The notes under the pieces were generated by a model. That model saw only the letters and a program-made list of their open reading frames with translations. It was not told the DNA's origin and made no database searches. A stretch of DNA of 64,000 bases, from assembly GCA_028534125.1 (NCBI GenBank), contig CM052832.1:19904001-19968000 (forward strand), written 5' to 3'. Source of the stretch: Lama glama (taxonomy: Eukaryota). The position numbers and the translations under genes were made by a program. Shown piece after piece: positions 12,574 to 25,572 of the stretch (position 1 is the stretch's first letter; every line of letters starts with the position of its first letter).

Positions 12574-13285
12574 ATACAAATCAAAACCACAATGAGCTAT
12601 AATCTCATACCTATAAAAAAGAACACAAATAACAAATGTTGGCAAGGATGTGGAGAAAAGGGAATCCTTTTACACTGTTGGTGGGGGTAAATTGGAGGGT
12701 TCTCAAGAAACTAAAAATAAAACTACCATATGACCCAGCAATTTCATTCCTGGGTATATATCTGAAAAAAACAAAAATACTAATTCAAAAAGATACATGC
12801 ACCCCAATGTTCATAGCAGCATTATTTGCAACTGTTAAGCTATGAAAGCAATCTAAGTGACCATCAACAGATGAATGGAAAAAGAAGTTGTGGTGTATAT
12901 ATATACAATGGAATACTACTCAGCCATAAAAAAGCATGAATGTTGCCATTTGCAGCAACATGGATAGACTTGGAGGGCATTATGTTAAGTGAAATAAGTC
13001 AGACATGAAAACACAAATACTGTATAATATTGCTTATATGTAGAATCTAAACAATAAAACAATTAGTGAATATAACAAAAAAGAAGCAGACTTACAGACA
13101 TAGAGAACAAATTAGTGGATAATCGTGGGAGGGGGCAATATAACAGTGGGGGCAGGCACAAACTACTGAGTGTAAGATAGGCTCAAAGATGTATTGTACA
13201 ACACGAGGAACATAGCCAATATTTTGTAATAATTGTAAATGGAAAGTAACCTTTAAAATTGTATAATAAAAATTTAAACAAATAA
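12574..13285 (+). mobile_element. L1 3' end (end of ORF2 plus 3' UTR), 5'-truncated
   Basis: aaatcaaaaccacaatgag; ORF 12636-12845 includes LPYDPAISFLGIY...KDTCTPMFIAALF (L1 ORF2 C-terminus); ggaatactactcagccataaaaaag; A-rich end. Confidence 0.92.
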
Positions 13286-14364
13286 TTGTTTTAAATGGGA
13301 GAATCAGATACACGTTTCAACTCTATATGTGCAAGCTAGTTAGTGAAAACATTGTATCCTGTAAAGGATTAAAGTTATAAAAAAAAACTTTTTGCCAACT
13401 CCCTAGGGAGTCTAAGGTATTACATACAATATGTAAAAAATAAATTAAAAAATCCCCCGTTGTAGTTCCCCTTCTACCCAGAATCACTTTGAAAGATGGC
13501 AGAGCTGTCCATCTTCTGGTTGTGGGCCCATTTGGATTTGGCGACAGCAGTAATTCCTCTTGTAATTCTTGACTAAGGCATTAACATTCACAGTAATTTC
13601 TGCCCTTAGACAGGCTCTACCATGCACCATGATGGTTTCTACTCGGTAATTGTAAGGATCCTCATTAATCTGAAAGACTATTTTGACATTGTGAGCTTAC
13701 AGGAGAGACAATTCATGACTGACACAATAAAGGCTTAAATTATGCTGCTTTTGATGATGAGAGATGCAGAGCTGCTTTTTTTTTTTTTTTTAGCTTTTGC
13801 AAAATTAGGATTTAGCAGCCGTAAGACAATTTCTTGTATGATGAAAGTGGATGGTATTCAGACACAATCAATTCCAGGCCTGCCTTGAGGACATCTTTTA
13901 TTTCAGGAAGAGATTAAAATTTCAAAGCTGTTTTCTAGTGGCATTTTTATTGATAAACCTGCATTTAAAGCAGAGCTTTAAAAAATGCATGAGATGCACA
14001 CAGCCAGAACATACCACGTCAGAAGCCTCTGCCTGGAGTCTGAAAACTCACAGAATTTTACAGACTGCTCTGGACAGTCTCCAAGACATGTTTTGACATA
14101 TGTTAAATTTTTTACGCTCAGCTCTGCTTGATGAGAAAGAGTTATCTTTGGAGGGTAGGTGTTCCTTTGTTATTAAGCATCTAAGCACTGTTTACTTTGT
14201 CTTTTTACTGTGCAAAAGAAGATACAGTTTTACCTTTAGAGAAAGTAGATACCAAAGTAACTTCCCTCTAGTATCTTTGCTCTGTTTATAAGCTATCATC
14301 TATATAGTTCCCATAGAAGATTTGCTCTGTCTACAATCTTTCTACAAAATTTAGATATCCTACA

Positions 14365-15000
14365 TTTATTTATTTTCCTTGAAGTATAGTCCATTTACAA
14401 TGCTGTGTTAATTTCTGGTGTATAGCATAGTGATTCAGTTATACATATATATATTCCTTTTCATGTTCTTTTTCATTATAGGTTATTACAAAATATTGCT
14501 ATACAATAGGTCCTTGTTGTTTATCTATCTTGTATATAGTAGTTAGTATCTGCAAATTCCAAATTCACAATTTATCCCTCCATCCCCACCTTTCCTTCTT
14601 GGTAACCGTAAGTTTGTTTTCTATGTCTGTAAATCTTTTTTGTAAATAAGTTGATTTGCATCATTTTTTTAGGTTTCACATATAAGTGATATTATATGAT
14701 ATTTTTCTTTCTCTCTCTGACTTACTTCACTTAGTATGACAATCTCCAGGTCCATCCATATTGCTGCAAATGGCTTTATTTCATTCTTTTTAATGGCTTA
14801 GTAGTATTCTATTGTGTGTATGTATATGTATATGTATATGTATATATGTATCTAATCATCCATCAGTGGACACTTAGGTTGTTTCCACATCTTGGCTATT
14901 ATAAATAGTGCTGCTATGAACATTGGGGTGCATGTGTCTTTTTGAATTAGAGTTTCCTCCAGATATATGCCCAGGAGTGGAACTGCTGGATCATACGGTA
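14365..15000 (-). mobile_element. L1 3' end, 5'-truncated
   Basis: ttgaagtatagtccatttacaatgctgtgttaatttctggtgtatagcatagtgattcag; tgctgctatgaacattggggtgcatg; ggaactgctggatcatacggta. Confidence 0.92.
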
Positions 15001-15305
15001 TAGACTTCCTTTATTTTTATCAGTGATGACACTGAAGGCCCTAAAGGCAGTGACTCTTTTAAGAGCACTGTTCCTTGCCACTGATTGGTAGCAATCTAGG
15101 GGGGAAATAAGCCTGGTTTTCTCTTTTCTGGTCCAGCACTTTTTGGGGAAACATCAGACTGAAATAAATGAATCAGTATTTATTTAATAGCTACTCAGTG
15201 CCTATTATCATGCTAGACATCAGAAATGGCTTTGACACCAGGAAGTTTGCAATCCTTTCTGGAAAACTAAGCTGGCACACATTAGTGATTAGTGATGTTG
15301 AAATT

Positions 15306-15665
15306 ATGCTCAACATCACTAATCACCAGAGAAATGCAGATCAAAACCCACAAGATATCACCTCACACCTTTTAGAATTGTTATTATCAGAAAGACAAGA
15401 GATTACAAGTGTTGACGAGGATGTGGAAAAAGGGAACCCTCCTACACATTGATGGGAATGTAAATTGTTGCATCCACTATGGAAAACAGTAGGAAGGTTC
15501 TTCAAAAATGAAAAATCCATCAATCTACTTTTGAAGTATATATCCAAGGGAAATAAAAACAGGATCTTAAAAAGATGTCTGCACTCCCATGTATTTATTC
15601 ACAATAGCCAAGATATGGAAACAGCCTAAGTATGCACCAACAGATAAATGGATAAAGAAGATGTG

Positions 15666-15718
<53 letters not shown>

Positions 15719-16203
15719 CACAATGGAATATTATTCAGCCATGAGAAAGAAGGGAATCCTGCATTTTGCACCAACATGGACAGACCTTGAGGACATTATA
15801 CTGAGTGACATACATCAGACAGAGAAAGACAAATACTCTATGATCACTTATATGTGGAATCAAAAAAGCTGACCCTGTAGAAACAGAGTAGAATGGTGGT
15901 TACTGGGGATAGGGGAGTGTGAGAATTTGGGAAATCTTTAAGGGTACAAACTTGCAACTAGTAGATAAATTAAGATCTGGAAACCTAATGCACAGCATAG
16001 TGATTATAGTTAATAATACTCTATCATAAATTTCAAAGTTGCTAAGAGACTAGCTCTTAATTGTTCTCACCCCCAAAATGGAATGATAATTATGTGATGT
16101 GATGGAGGTATTAGTTAATCATATTGTAATATATAAATGTATCAAATCAACATGTTGTACATGTTAAACTTAGACAATGTTGCATGTCAATTATCTCAAT
16201 TTG
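15306..16203 (+). mobile_element. L1MA-type L1 3' end
   Basis: atgctcaacatcactaatcaccagagaaatgcagatcaaaacc; gggtacaaacttgcaact; gttgctaagagactagctcttaattgttctcacc. Confidence 0.9.
15668..15722. repeat. (CA)n microsatellite inside L1
   Basis: AC dinucleotide run with one CG interruption. Confidence 0.95.
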
Positions 16204-16221
16204 AAAATGGCAGTAACAACA

Positions 16222-16390
16222 GCAATGCTTTGCAGATATAATCTCATTTAATTGTGACAATTCTGGGCTACATTTTACAGATGAGGAAACAAAAACAAAG
16301 ATATTAAATATCCTGATGAAACTCGCAAGATGGTAAATATGGTGCTAGGCCATCTAACAGCAGAGCCCAAACACTTAACCCATACTGTCT
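16222..16390 (-). mobile_element. MIR SINE
   Basis: atctcatttaat...cattttacagatgaggaaac. Confidence 0.75.
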
Positions 16391-16394
16391 CTTG

Positions 16395-16560
16395 ACAGCT
16401 GATGTAACATCGGATCAGAAAGGGGAAGGTATCAGTCTAAGGTGGAATTGGGAGATGGCACAGTTGCATAAGACTTAAGCAAAACCTTGAAAGTGGAAAG
16501 AATTTAGATAGACAGCAGAGAGGAGGAGTATATTCCATGTTGGGAGAATGGAATGATGCT
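16395..16560 (-). mobile_element. L2 fragment (likely continues the piece near 15160-15290)
   Basis: aaaccttgaaagtggaaagaatttagatagacagcagagaggaggagtatattcca. Confidence 0.5.
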
Positions 16561-17899
16561 ATCTGAGCCACATATTACAGGTGGAAAAGAGAATGCAGTG
16601 GGTGGGTTTATAAAACAGACTCTAGGCAAGGTAAATAAGCTAAGGCATTATATCTCAACTGTATAAACAATGCATTGATAACTGAAAATAAGGCCCTATC
16701 AGACCCACTAATAATGCATTTCTGCTTAGGGATGTGTGATTCTGTTCAACTTCTCCCATTACTTGTCAACACGAGTGCAATTTGTTTCAAATTAATGACA
16801 TGTAGGGATTTCAGTGGTTGTTGGTCAACTTTCTCTCTCTCCCTGAAGGAACATATGGAAATGAGGGTCTGTGTCTCTTATCTGCTTGGCTGATATGACC
16901 TCACCATATGGACACACTTACTCAGAATAAAGTCTCGAGGAACTTTGCTGGGTTCACATATTCTCAGCGCTGTCAGAGGAGGGCTCTAATTGACAGGACT
17001 TCTCTAAGAATAGATGCCCTCTTGCTATTCCAGAAATGTTTCATTCTCTATAGAGAAGGTCAGAAGTATTCTCCCTCACTAGTGAGTAAGTTTTGTGTTG
17101 ACAGCTCCTGATGCCAGTGGGGACCTATTAAATTAGTTTCCATCAAACTCTGAATATTTCAAAACAGAGCTTAAGGTGGGCATTCCACATATACTCCAGA
17201 GATGCACGCTTGGAGAAAAGTTAATATGCTAACCCAGGCTGTATACTTATTTTCAAGTCCTACCAAATTATTTCCTTTCCAAAGTGATCAGCTTCATTGA
17301 AGCTTTGTATTGTCTGCTCCTTGTCATGTGTCACACAGCTTTTATCACTGTTCCAAAGAATGGACTATATGAGTTTTCTGCTTTCTTTAAGTTTTAAGAG
17401 GTAATTTTTTACCCTATATTCTGTAAGCTGAGACTTACAAATTAAAATTTTTAAATAGTGGCTTAATTTTTTATGACAGTGACCCATGATCCCTGTATTA
17501 AACATGTAAAAACACAAAGAAAGTAATATATTTTCTTACATTTCTAGAAGTAACCAATGCTAACACATGATTTCAGAGAGTTTTGCTACCTAAATAAATA
17601 GAAATAACTCCATAAAAATGAATGATACACACATGCTTTAAAAAAATAAAAAGTAGTGTATATTAGTTTACTTTCATTTAACAGAAGAAAAATAAAATAA
17701 AAGTCTAGAATCTTCAAATTAAAAATTTTTAACTTTTTCTTTCCTGCAAGAGATATTATTGCAATAAAATCTAAAGGTAAAAGATCATGAAAAACATTAA
17801 GAAACTGAAGTCATTTTTTAAACATTATTTAATTCCAGTTAGTAGGAATGAAAGAAATTAAGGAATGGGACATCCACACTCTTACATTCAGTGTTTTAA

Positions 17900-18400
17900 A
17901 ATTACTTTTCTACTTGTATTTGTAATCATAATTCTTTCACTTGTTTATCACAATTGTATAATTAAAAGTTTCAGTGTTCCCTACCAGCTTCTCAATTCCT
18001 ATGTTCTTTATGTTTTTATTTACCTATTGCTTGGATGAATTTCATCATCTCCCCCTTTCCAACTGTCTGCAAAGTGCTTACATATGCTATATTCTCTGAG
18101 AGTTTTTCTTATTTGAGAAAATTTGCCTATTGCCTTTCTATACTTAGAGTGATAAGTATTCTAAGATCAACTGCTTGGTAGACACTAAACCATTGTCTTT
18201 TGATATTGTGTTGCTGTATATTTTCTCACAGCTTAGCCTCTCACTATAATTTACCACACTATTAATAATACCAGTTAGGCTATAATTTTATATTTTTATT
18301 GAAAATATCTTTCCTGAAAACATCAATTATCCTTTTATTTGGGCTGGTTGCTCTTCAGGACTACTGCAGAGCAATGTCTTAAGACTTCTTTTGCTGTCAT
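17900..18400 (-). mobile_element. very old L1/HAL1-like fragment
   Basis: T-rich text such as tattctctgagagtttttcttatttgagaaaatttgcctattgcc; heavily diverged. Confidence 0.35.
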
Positions 18401-18839
18401 CCTTCACCATACTTTGTGTTGGCGTCCCTAATGAAGGATTCTCACACCATCCTCTTTATTGGTCCAGTTTTGTATATTGGCCAAACCCATTCTGCAGTAG
18501 TGTTAGCAGGCTAAAAAGACTGCATGACAAGTAGAGGACATCATGATCTTTTGGGTTATACTGCTCCAGTTTCAACTGGTTGTCCTCTGCACATGGTGTT
18601 CGGTGCTCACCCTAGGCTCTTCCATCTTTACCAACCTGAATATCCTCGTCTCTTTTTGTCTTGGATGAATCTCTCTCCTTTTGGCGGTGTTGTTCCATTT
18701 TATATTAGTTCTTGGTTGATTCCCTCATTTTGGTAAAGTTTTCTTGCTTTCAGTGGTGCCAATAAAATCTAGTCATTCTGATTCTTTTTTTTTTTCTTAC
18801 TTATAGGAAAATATTTATTTGCAATACAAGAGAGCTAGG

Positions 18840-18988
18840 AGGGATAACTGTATCTAATTTCTTATTATAAAATATAATGGAAAAGAATCTGAAAAGATAT
18901 ACGTATGTACATGTATAATTGAATCACCTTGCTGCACACCTGAAACTAACATTGCAAATCAACTACACTTCAATAATTAAAAAAAAAT
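18840..18988 (+). mobile_element. short L1 3' terminus with poly(A)
   Basis: tataatggaaaagaatctgaaa...tgaatcaccttgctgcacacctgaaactaaca...aatcaactacacttcaat + A-tract. Confidence 0.85.
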
Positions 18989-20333
18989 AGCATGCAGAAG
19001 GATTATTTAGAAAAAGAAACACATTAATGTACTTTATTCTGATTCTTGATCATGAGATCATGACCTAGTTTTAAGAACTTTATGAAATCTACTCCTGTTA
19101 TTGGAAATCTAAAATTTCATGATGATATGCTATTGGTGAGAAAAGTTCTTGAATTATTTTTCCACTTTTTTTCTTTGTTTTCTCTTAGGGAACCATTATC
19201 ATTCAGATATTAGACATTCTGGACTGGTTTATTAATACCAAAGTCTAATGACTTATTTTTTCTAATTTTACAGAATGTAAGTCTTTGCTTAGCTGAATCA
19301 TTGAGTATTTAACTTTTTTTTTTTTTTACTCTTAAGAGGTCTGTTAAATTTTAAAATAATTTTAACTGGTCATTTGATTTTTAGTGAAATGAATATACTT
19401 TCAAATAGCATTTTAGTTAGCATAATTAGACCATCTTACTCAAGAATCAATATTGGGATATACAAGGAAAATATCTTTAAATAAAAATTTAAAATATTGT
19501 TTCTCCATTTGTTCTTATAAATACTGAAGACTGATTCTTTTTTTTAAATACTTAATAGAATTAGGAATCCAGGAAACACGATGTACTACCATGTTTTCTG
19601 TGTAATTTTAAGAAGTCCATAACATTAAAACTATCTTTATTTTTATTATCAGATATCAATTTATCTGTCTTCATTTTGTCTTTTATATACATTTTTAAAA
19701 ACACATTGCTCCTTACAGAAAATCTTTTTTAGAAACATCCAGCTTGAGGAGATGACAGTTTACCTAAGGAGAGAATAAGAAAGGCAATGCTTGGGATACT
19801 GGGTCAAGGAATTTATTGTTGGCAAGAATATTGGGTCATTTACCTAGTAACATAGCTTAAGATAAACAGCAGAGTTAGTTACTCTCCAAAGAGGTAAATA
19901 CATGGTAACTGGCGCCTGTAGTTTAAAATACATGATTGAATGTATTTAATAAATAAATAAGTACATTATTGTGGGATTTTTCTTAAACCTGATTACTTTT
20001 TACATGGAGAATTTTTCTTTATTTTTTTCTAAAAGGGATTCTTAAATCATAGGATTATGTTTTGAGAGGATTTTAGGGTCCAGTATAACACCCCGTTCTG
20101 CAATTCTTGTTTGTGTCCTACACATGAACTGCTTTCTCAGCATTCTTCTCACTCTCCATACATCCTCTAAGAGGGAGATACTTGGGTACTGTTGGTTTAG
20201 CATAAAGTGTACTACATATTAATAAGCAGAGCTTTGTTTGCTCTGTAGAAGCTGTAAAATTGTCTAAAAGTAGAACCAGAAAATAAAGGGGAAAAAAACA
20301 TATAAGGTAAAAAAATAGTTGTACTTGACTTAC

Positions 20334-20452
20334 CAGGAAAAACTGCTTCTCTATTAGGAACAAAATTGCTACATAACTTATTTTTGCAAGCCCCGATCTG
20401 TGTCGTGTCCTGGAATTTTTCGAATTCATTTAAGCTTAGTTCAGGAAACAAA
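20334..20452 (-). other. candidate internal exon (119 nt), coding status unknown
   Basis: minus strand: ttactgactcctatctatag acceptor and CTG|GTAAGT donor; one open frame LFPELSLNEFEKFQDTTQIGACKNKLCSNFVPNREAVFP; 3 CpGs. Confidence 0.3.
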
Positions 20453-20469
20453 CTATAGATAGGAGTCAG

Positions 20470-21400
20470 TAAGATTTAGAAGTGTAACAGTCCTGCCCTT
20501 AAGAAGATTAAGGGAAGTGGTTTAAGGGTGGAAAGCATGTTTACTACACATTAGGGGAATTGCAATTTAAAAAATACGAAACCATGAAGTAGTAGAGAGG
20601 AAAATGGTGGGATATTTTTCAAAAGAAATTAATGCCTGAGCTGGTTTTGAAGGAAATTTAAATAAAAGAACATGCTAAATTGATGGGCGGGAGTAGGGGA
20701 CATTTTAAAAAACGCAGGCAGAAGGGATAGCAGTAGAGAGGTACAAAATAACATAGTTTTTTTTTTTAATGGCAACAGAAGTATTTAACTATTGAGCATA
20801 AATTACAAAAAGAAAGTCAGTTGAAAATAAGACTGGGAAAAAATAATTACATATGTTACCACAAAAGGACATGGGTGTTATGCTAAGCAGCTTGGGCTTG
20901 CCCTGGAGGTAATGAGGAGCCACTAAATATGACAAGTAAGGACATAACAGAGTTCATATCCCATGGAAACAGAAGGAGAGAGACCTTTGACAAGGTTATG
21001 CAATAAGAGTCAGACTGATAGATTAAAGATCATGAATTGGAAGCAGTGTACAGAATCAAAAAAATATTTAAAAGGTAAAGACAGAAGGGATTGATGATTG
21101 CTCATACATATAAGGAAGATTGAAAAGGCAATGCTGTCTTCCAGATTTATGATTCGAGTGATTGGGTGCATAATGATGACAACAATCAAAGCAGGGAAGA
21201 GAGGACAAAGCTCAGGTTTAGAGGGCATGGATGACAACTTCAACTGTGAATTCTTGGCATTGAGGTATTCAATAGCTATGTAATAGGCATATACATATAT
21301 ATATACGTAGAGAGAGCGAGCTTGCAGAATCTAGTGAAGTCAAGATTTGAGAGATGAATATGTGTTAAAAATTTTTTTTTAAATTGAAGTAGACAGGATA
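20470..21400 (-). mobile_element. L2 LINE fragment
   Basis: acagtcctgcccttaagaag; gcctgagctggttttgaagga; ggaggtaatgaggagccact; resumes about 21830-22150 after the LTR. Confidence 0.7.
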
Positions 21401-21439
21401 GCAGTGTTCTAACTGTGCTTTCTTAGATTCTATATTTGT

Positions 21440-21830
21440 CTATCTGGTACCCATTTATTACAGAGCTAAACTAATAGTCAAAGTTGTTTACTTCCCCTGC
21501 CTTTTATAGCCCATATTATGAACCTCTTTCTTAGCTAACCCACCCACCAAGGCAGTACTTCCCCTGACCTAAATCAACCCAGGGCCATGTGTGACAGATC
21601 CTCATGCCCAAAATCCCACCTGAATTATTGAAATTAGCCAATCCTAAGTCATTTATCCTATGGATAACCCCAATAAAACTCTAACCTCCTGACTCTTGCC
21701 TCTCCCTCTTGGCAAAATCTGGTGACTGACCATCTGGTCCTGCACGAGGTGACATGTCCCTTTCTCAGAAAGTAATGAATTCTTCCTTCAAAGGCAGTTT
21801 TCTCCACATTTGTTATCTGATTAAAACAAA
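21440..21830 (+). mobile_element. ERVL solo LTR (MER54/MER74-like)
   Basis: cccagggcca...gaattattgaaattagccaatcctaag...cccaataaaactct...ttcaaaggcagt. Confidence 0.65.
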
Positions 21831-23499
21831 CTCCAGTATAAATTTTGAAATAAGTGGTCCATGAGAAAGTGAAAAGCAACCATGGATCAAAAATAGAAGC
21901 CTGGGGAACAGGGGGCATCAGAGCATCAGGGAATAGAATCAATGATAAGAGAAGGACCAGGAGAGCTCGGCCTTATTAACACCATCATTTTCAAATAAAG
22001 TTACTTTCTAATCACGTCAGTTCAAATAAGGGCTGAAAAAGTGTCCACAAGTTTGCAAAATGAAATTGTTATGAGTAACATTAACAAGTATGTCATGGAT
22101 ATGGTAGAATCCAAAGCTAGATTAGAGATTATTTATGGATGTAAGTTTTCCCTGATGATCTTTCCTTTCATTAGATAAAACTCCTCAAAAGCTATGATTT
22201 CTGATCTTTAAGAACAGAACTCCAAGCATAAAATTTGTACCCTTGAAAATACTTAGGTAAGTGCACTATACATAATGCTTGCTCTTTCTATATTTAGAAA
22301 CAGAATTTCTCAATTACAGTGTGATGATTAGAAAAAGAAAAAAAATATTTAAATTGAATCATAGGCATAAGAAAGCCTTTGGGGAGGGGAAGAATCGAGT
22401 AAATGAGTAAACTATGACAAAACATGAAGTCAAATTCAACAGATTTATTGAAATTGCCCAAATTTGCAGGTCTGGATGAAATTTAGCAATGTAATTATAC
22501 TTCCTAATTTTAGAGGGGGAAGTGAAATTTGAAAAAGTTAACTTGTCTAAGGACCTACTACCCCCAGGTGTCCTAGTTATTTGTACAGTGTTCCCCTTCA
22601 CTACACGGCACATGACCTTGGAATCATTTTTCATTAATTCTTTTATCCAGTTTGCTCCCCTTCAGGAAAAATGCCTGACATTACCCTGTAATTATATGAT
22701 ATGATAGATTAGTTCTTACTTAATATTCCATTTGGCAATAGATTCTTCTTTTCTTCTGAATAAAAATGTCTCTTCTTTTCTTTAATGACCATGGCATTGT
22801 CCTGCTTATCTGATTGTGGTTAGAGCAGCATGAGTGATGAGGTAGTGACATATGTAGAATTGTTTTAGGATAGTAGCGGTGATGGTGAGGTAGCTGGAAA
22901 ATTTCATAAGGGGTAGGAATACAATGATAATTGACCTCAGTATTTTCCACAGAACACAAATCCACCCACAGATAAAAAGGAATAAAGGATAATGTTCTAA
23001 ATTTTGTAAGTAAAATAAGGCAAAAAGTGTTAGTAATATTTATTTCAGAGATTGTACATTTTTAAGACCTCACATAATAAAAAAAACTATGATAATTATT
23101 GCAAATGGTCCATTTTGTCCTAAGCAAATACTCAAACAAAAACACTTCTGAAATAAATTCCATTGGCCTTATCTCTTTCCTTCTCTGCTTGAGAACCTGT
23201 CCCCATGTCAACAGTCTCTATTTTTATGCTCCTTTCCTATTTTCCTCTCCATAGTGGAAGTAAATAGCTATTGATTACAGTTGCCCAAACCGTCTGAGCA
23301 GCAGAGCTAGACCAGGCTTAGAGAAAAACGATTGTTCTCCCAGTGGAAAAAAAATACTTCCAGGCTTGATTTTAATCAGACAGTTGTTTCTAGAACCCTT
23401 AGAACCTTTGTAATGAGGCCTTCAAAAGGCTTCTGAAACCACAAGATTGAACAAACGTTCTGCTATAGGATGTGTTTATTCATCAAGCACAAAAGAAAA

Positions 23500-24680
23500 G
23501 AGAGAGACATAATCATAGCACAATGATCAGAACCATGATGTTGACAGTACAATACTATTACTAAACTATTTGAACCTCATCAGTTTCTCTTAGAATGCTC
23601 TTTGTTTTCTGTTCCAAGTTTCTACCCAGGATTTTACCTCATGATTAGTTATTTCATCTTTGTCTCCTGCAGTCTGTAGAGTTCCTCAGTTTCCCCTTGT
23701 CTTTCGTGACCACAGTAACTTTGTAGACTATTGATCAGTTATTTTTCAAATGTTCCTTAATTTGGGGTTAAGCTAATTTAAACAAACTTAAACATATTTC
23801 CTAATGTGTGGCTGAAATATACAGTATCCTTTCCCCCTTTTTCCTAAATTGGGTTTGTTCAGTGTTTTCTAAGCTGGGATTATGCGTCTTTGGCAAGACC
23901 GTCACAGAAATGATGCTATGTCCTTCTCACTGCACCATATCATCGGACTCATGATGTTCAAATGCCTTATTACTAGTGACAATGACTTTGATTACTTGGT
24001 TAAGGTGGTTTCTATTGATTTTCCCATTGTAAAGTTACTATCTTATGCTTATGCTTTGTAGTTAATAAGTAACTTGGGGAAGATCCTTTGAAACTATACG
24101 AATTGTTTCTTCTCAAGCTTTTGCCCATGGAATCTAGCACTCATTAGTAGACCTTCTCTGCAACAATTACTGTTGTGACGCTTGACTAATGGTTTGTGTT
24201 TCCTCTTTTTTCTATATTTATTAATTGGAATTCTGCATAAGGAAGAACTACTTTTCTCCTACATATTTATTATTTAAAATAATAAATAATTTCATTTGTT
24301 ATTTATAATCATTTTATTTGTTATTTATAATAATAAATTATTTTATTTGTTAATTATTTTAAATATAGTTTATGGATTAAGTTCTAACACTACTGTTATT
24401 TCTTTTGTTGCTCAAATTATTCCAGTTTGGTCTATTGGGAGCTCCTTCTGGTTGGTTCCTTTTTCTTAACCAAGCATCCTTGAATACATCCTCACTTTCT
24501 GATACCATCAAACATCCCAAACTCGTCTTGTATTGTCTTAGCCTTGGGGGTCAATCATTTCTTCAAAGCATCCTAGTTCCTTTATTGGGAGAATGGTACT
24601 TAGAAGCTTAGAACTCAGTGTTACTGCAATGTAAATGTTTTAGGCCCTCACAGCAGGCAGAAATGGGAAATACTCATTTG
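23500..24680 (-). mobile_element. old L1 (L1MC/L1MD-type) 3' UTR
   Basis: ttcctcagtttccccttgtctttcgtgacc; acttggttaaggtggtttct; ttgttgctcaaattattccagtttgg. Confidence 0.75.
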
Positions 24681-24687
24681 CATACTC

Positions 24688-24772
24688 ACTGCAACAATTT
24701 ACCCCAAATCGCGTAGCTTAAAATGGGAGAAATTTATTCTCTCATAGTTCTGGAAGCCAGAAGTCTGAAATA
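24688..24772 (-). mobile_element. MLT1 MaLR LTR fragment
   Basis: gaaatttattctctcatagttctggaagccagaagtctgaaat. Confidence 0.7.
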
Positions 24773-25212
24773 TTAAACATACTTTGTATTCTTGGCATGA
24801 AGGACACTTGGTCATAGTGTATTATTATTAATGTGGTATTGACTGTGTTTGCTAATATTTTTTTAGAATTACTAAATTAATATTTGATTCTGTTTGCTGA
24901 CATTTTCTTTAGAGTGTTTGAATTAACATTAAGTCTGCAGTTTTTTGTCTTTGTACTGTCTTTATCTGGTTTACATATCAGTTTTATTCTTGCTTCAAAA
25001 AAATTAGGTAGTTTTCCTTTTTTCCAGTGTTCTGGAATAACTTCTAGACTATTGGGAATATCTGTTTTTTGAAGGATTTGGTAGAACTCCCCTGTGAAAC
25101 CATTTGGTCTTTTTTTTAAAGGGTGGTTTCTTAACAACCTTTTATCTTTTTACTCATTTGCTTTGAATTTTGTCTGTCTTTTATTGAGAGTGGTATATTA
25201 CAATCTCCTATT
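24773..25212 (-). mobile_element. L1 ORF2 fragment, decayed
   Basis: ORF 24877-25137 PNGFTGEFYQ...GKLPNFFEARIKLICKPDKD...ANRI parallels L1 ORF2 PDGFTAEFYQ...LPNSFYEASITLIPKP...ANRI. Confidence 0.85.
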
Positions 25213-25215
25213 AGC

Positions 25216-25572
25216 AAGACTGAGACCAAGGGGAGGTGGCTGAGGTACCTTAGACAGAGTTTAATAGAACACCAAAAAGCTTAGTAATCAAGATAAGTAA
25301 TGTTTAATGCAATACTTTAAAAGATCAAATCAGCAACATAAGCCTATGGGACAGCCTTGTGTTTTTATCAATAAAGTTTTATTAGAATCAGGGCCAGGAT
25401 CACGGTGATGAGTGAGGCAGCGTTGTATAAATGAAGAATCAGATCTTGTCTTTATTTAACATTTTATATTTAGTCATCATGGATTTTTTAAATCCATTCT
25501 GATTATATTAGTGTAGATCTTATAGACATTTATTGAACTTTACCACACTCTCACTTTCCTTACTCTGGTCTA
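25216..25572. mobile_element. MER96B-like hAT pieces with a short MER58-like piece between (about 25343-25388)
   Basis: agtaatcaagataagtaatgtttaatgcaata; agggccaggatcacggtgatgagtgaggca; cttgtctttatttaacatttt; aataaagttttattagaa. Confidence 0.55.

Noticed and set aside
22250..22265. TAG|GTAAGT recursive-like site
   Set aside because: Lies in a decayed L2-like 3' end and has no pyrimidine tract
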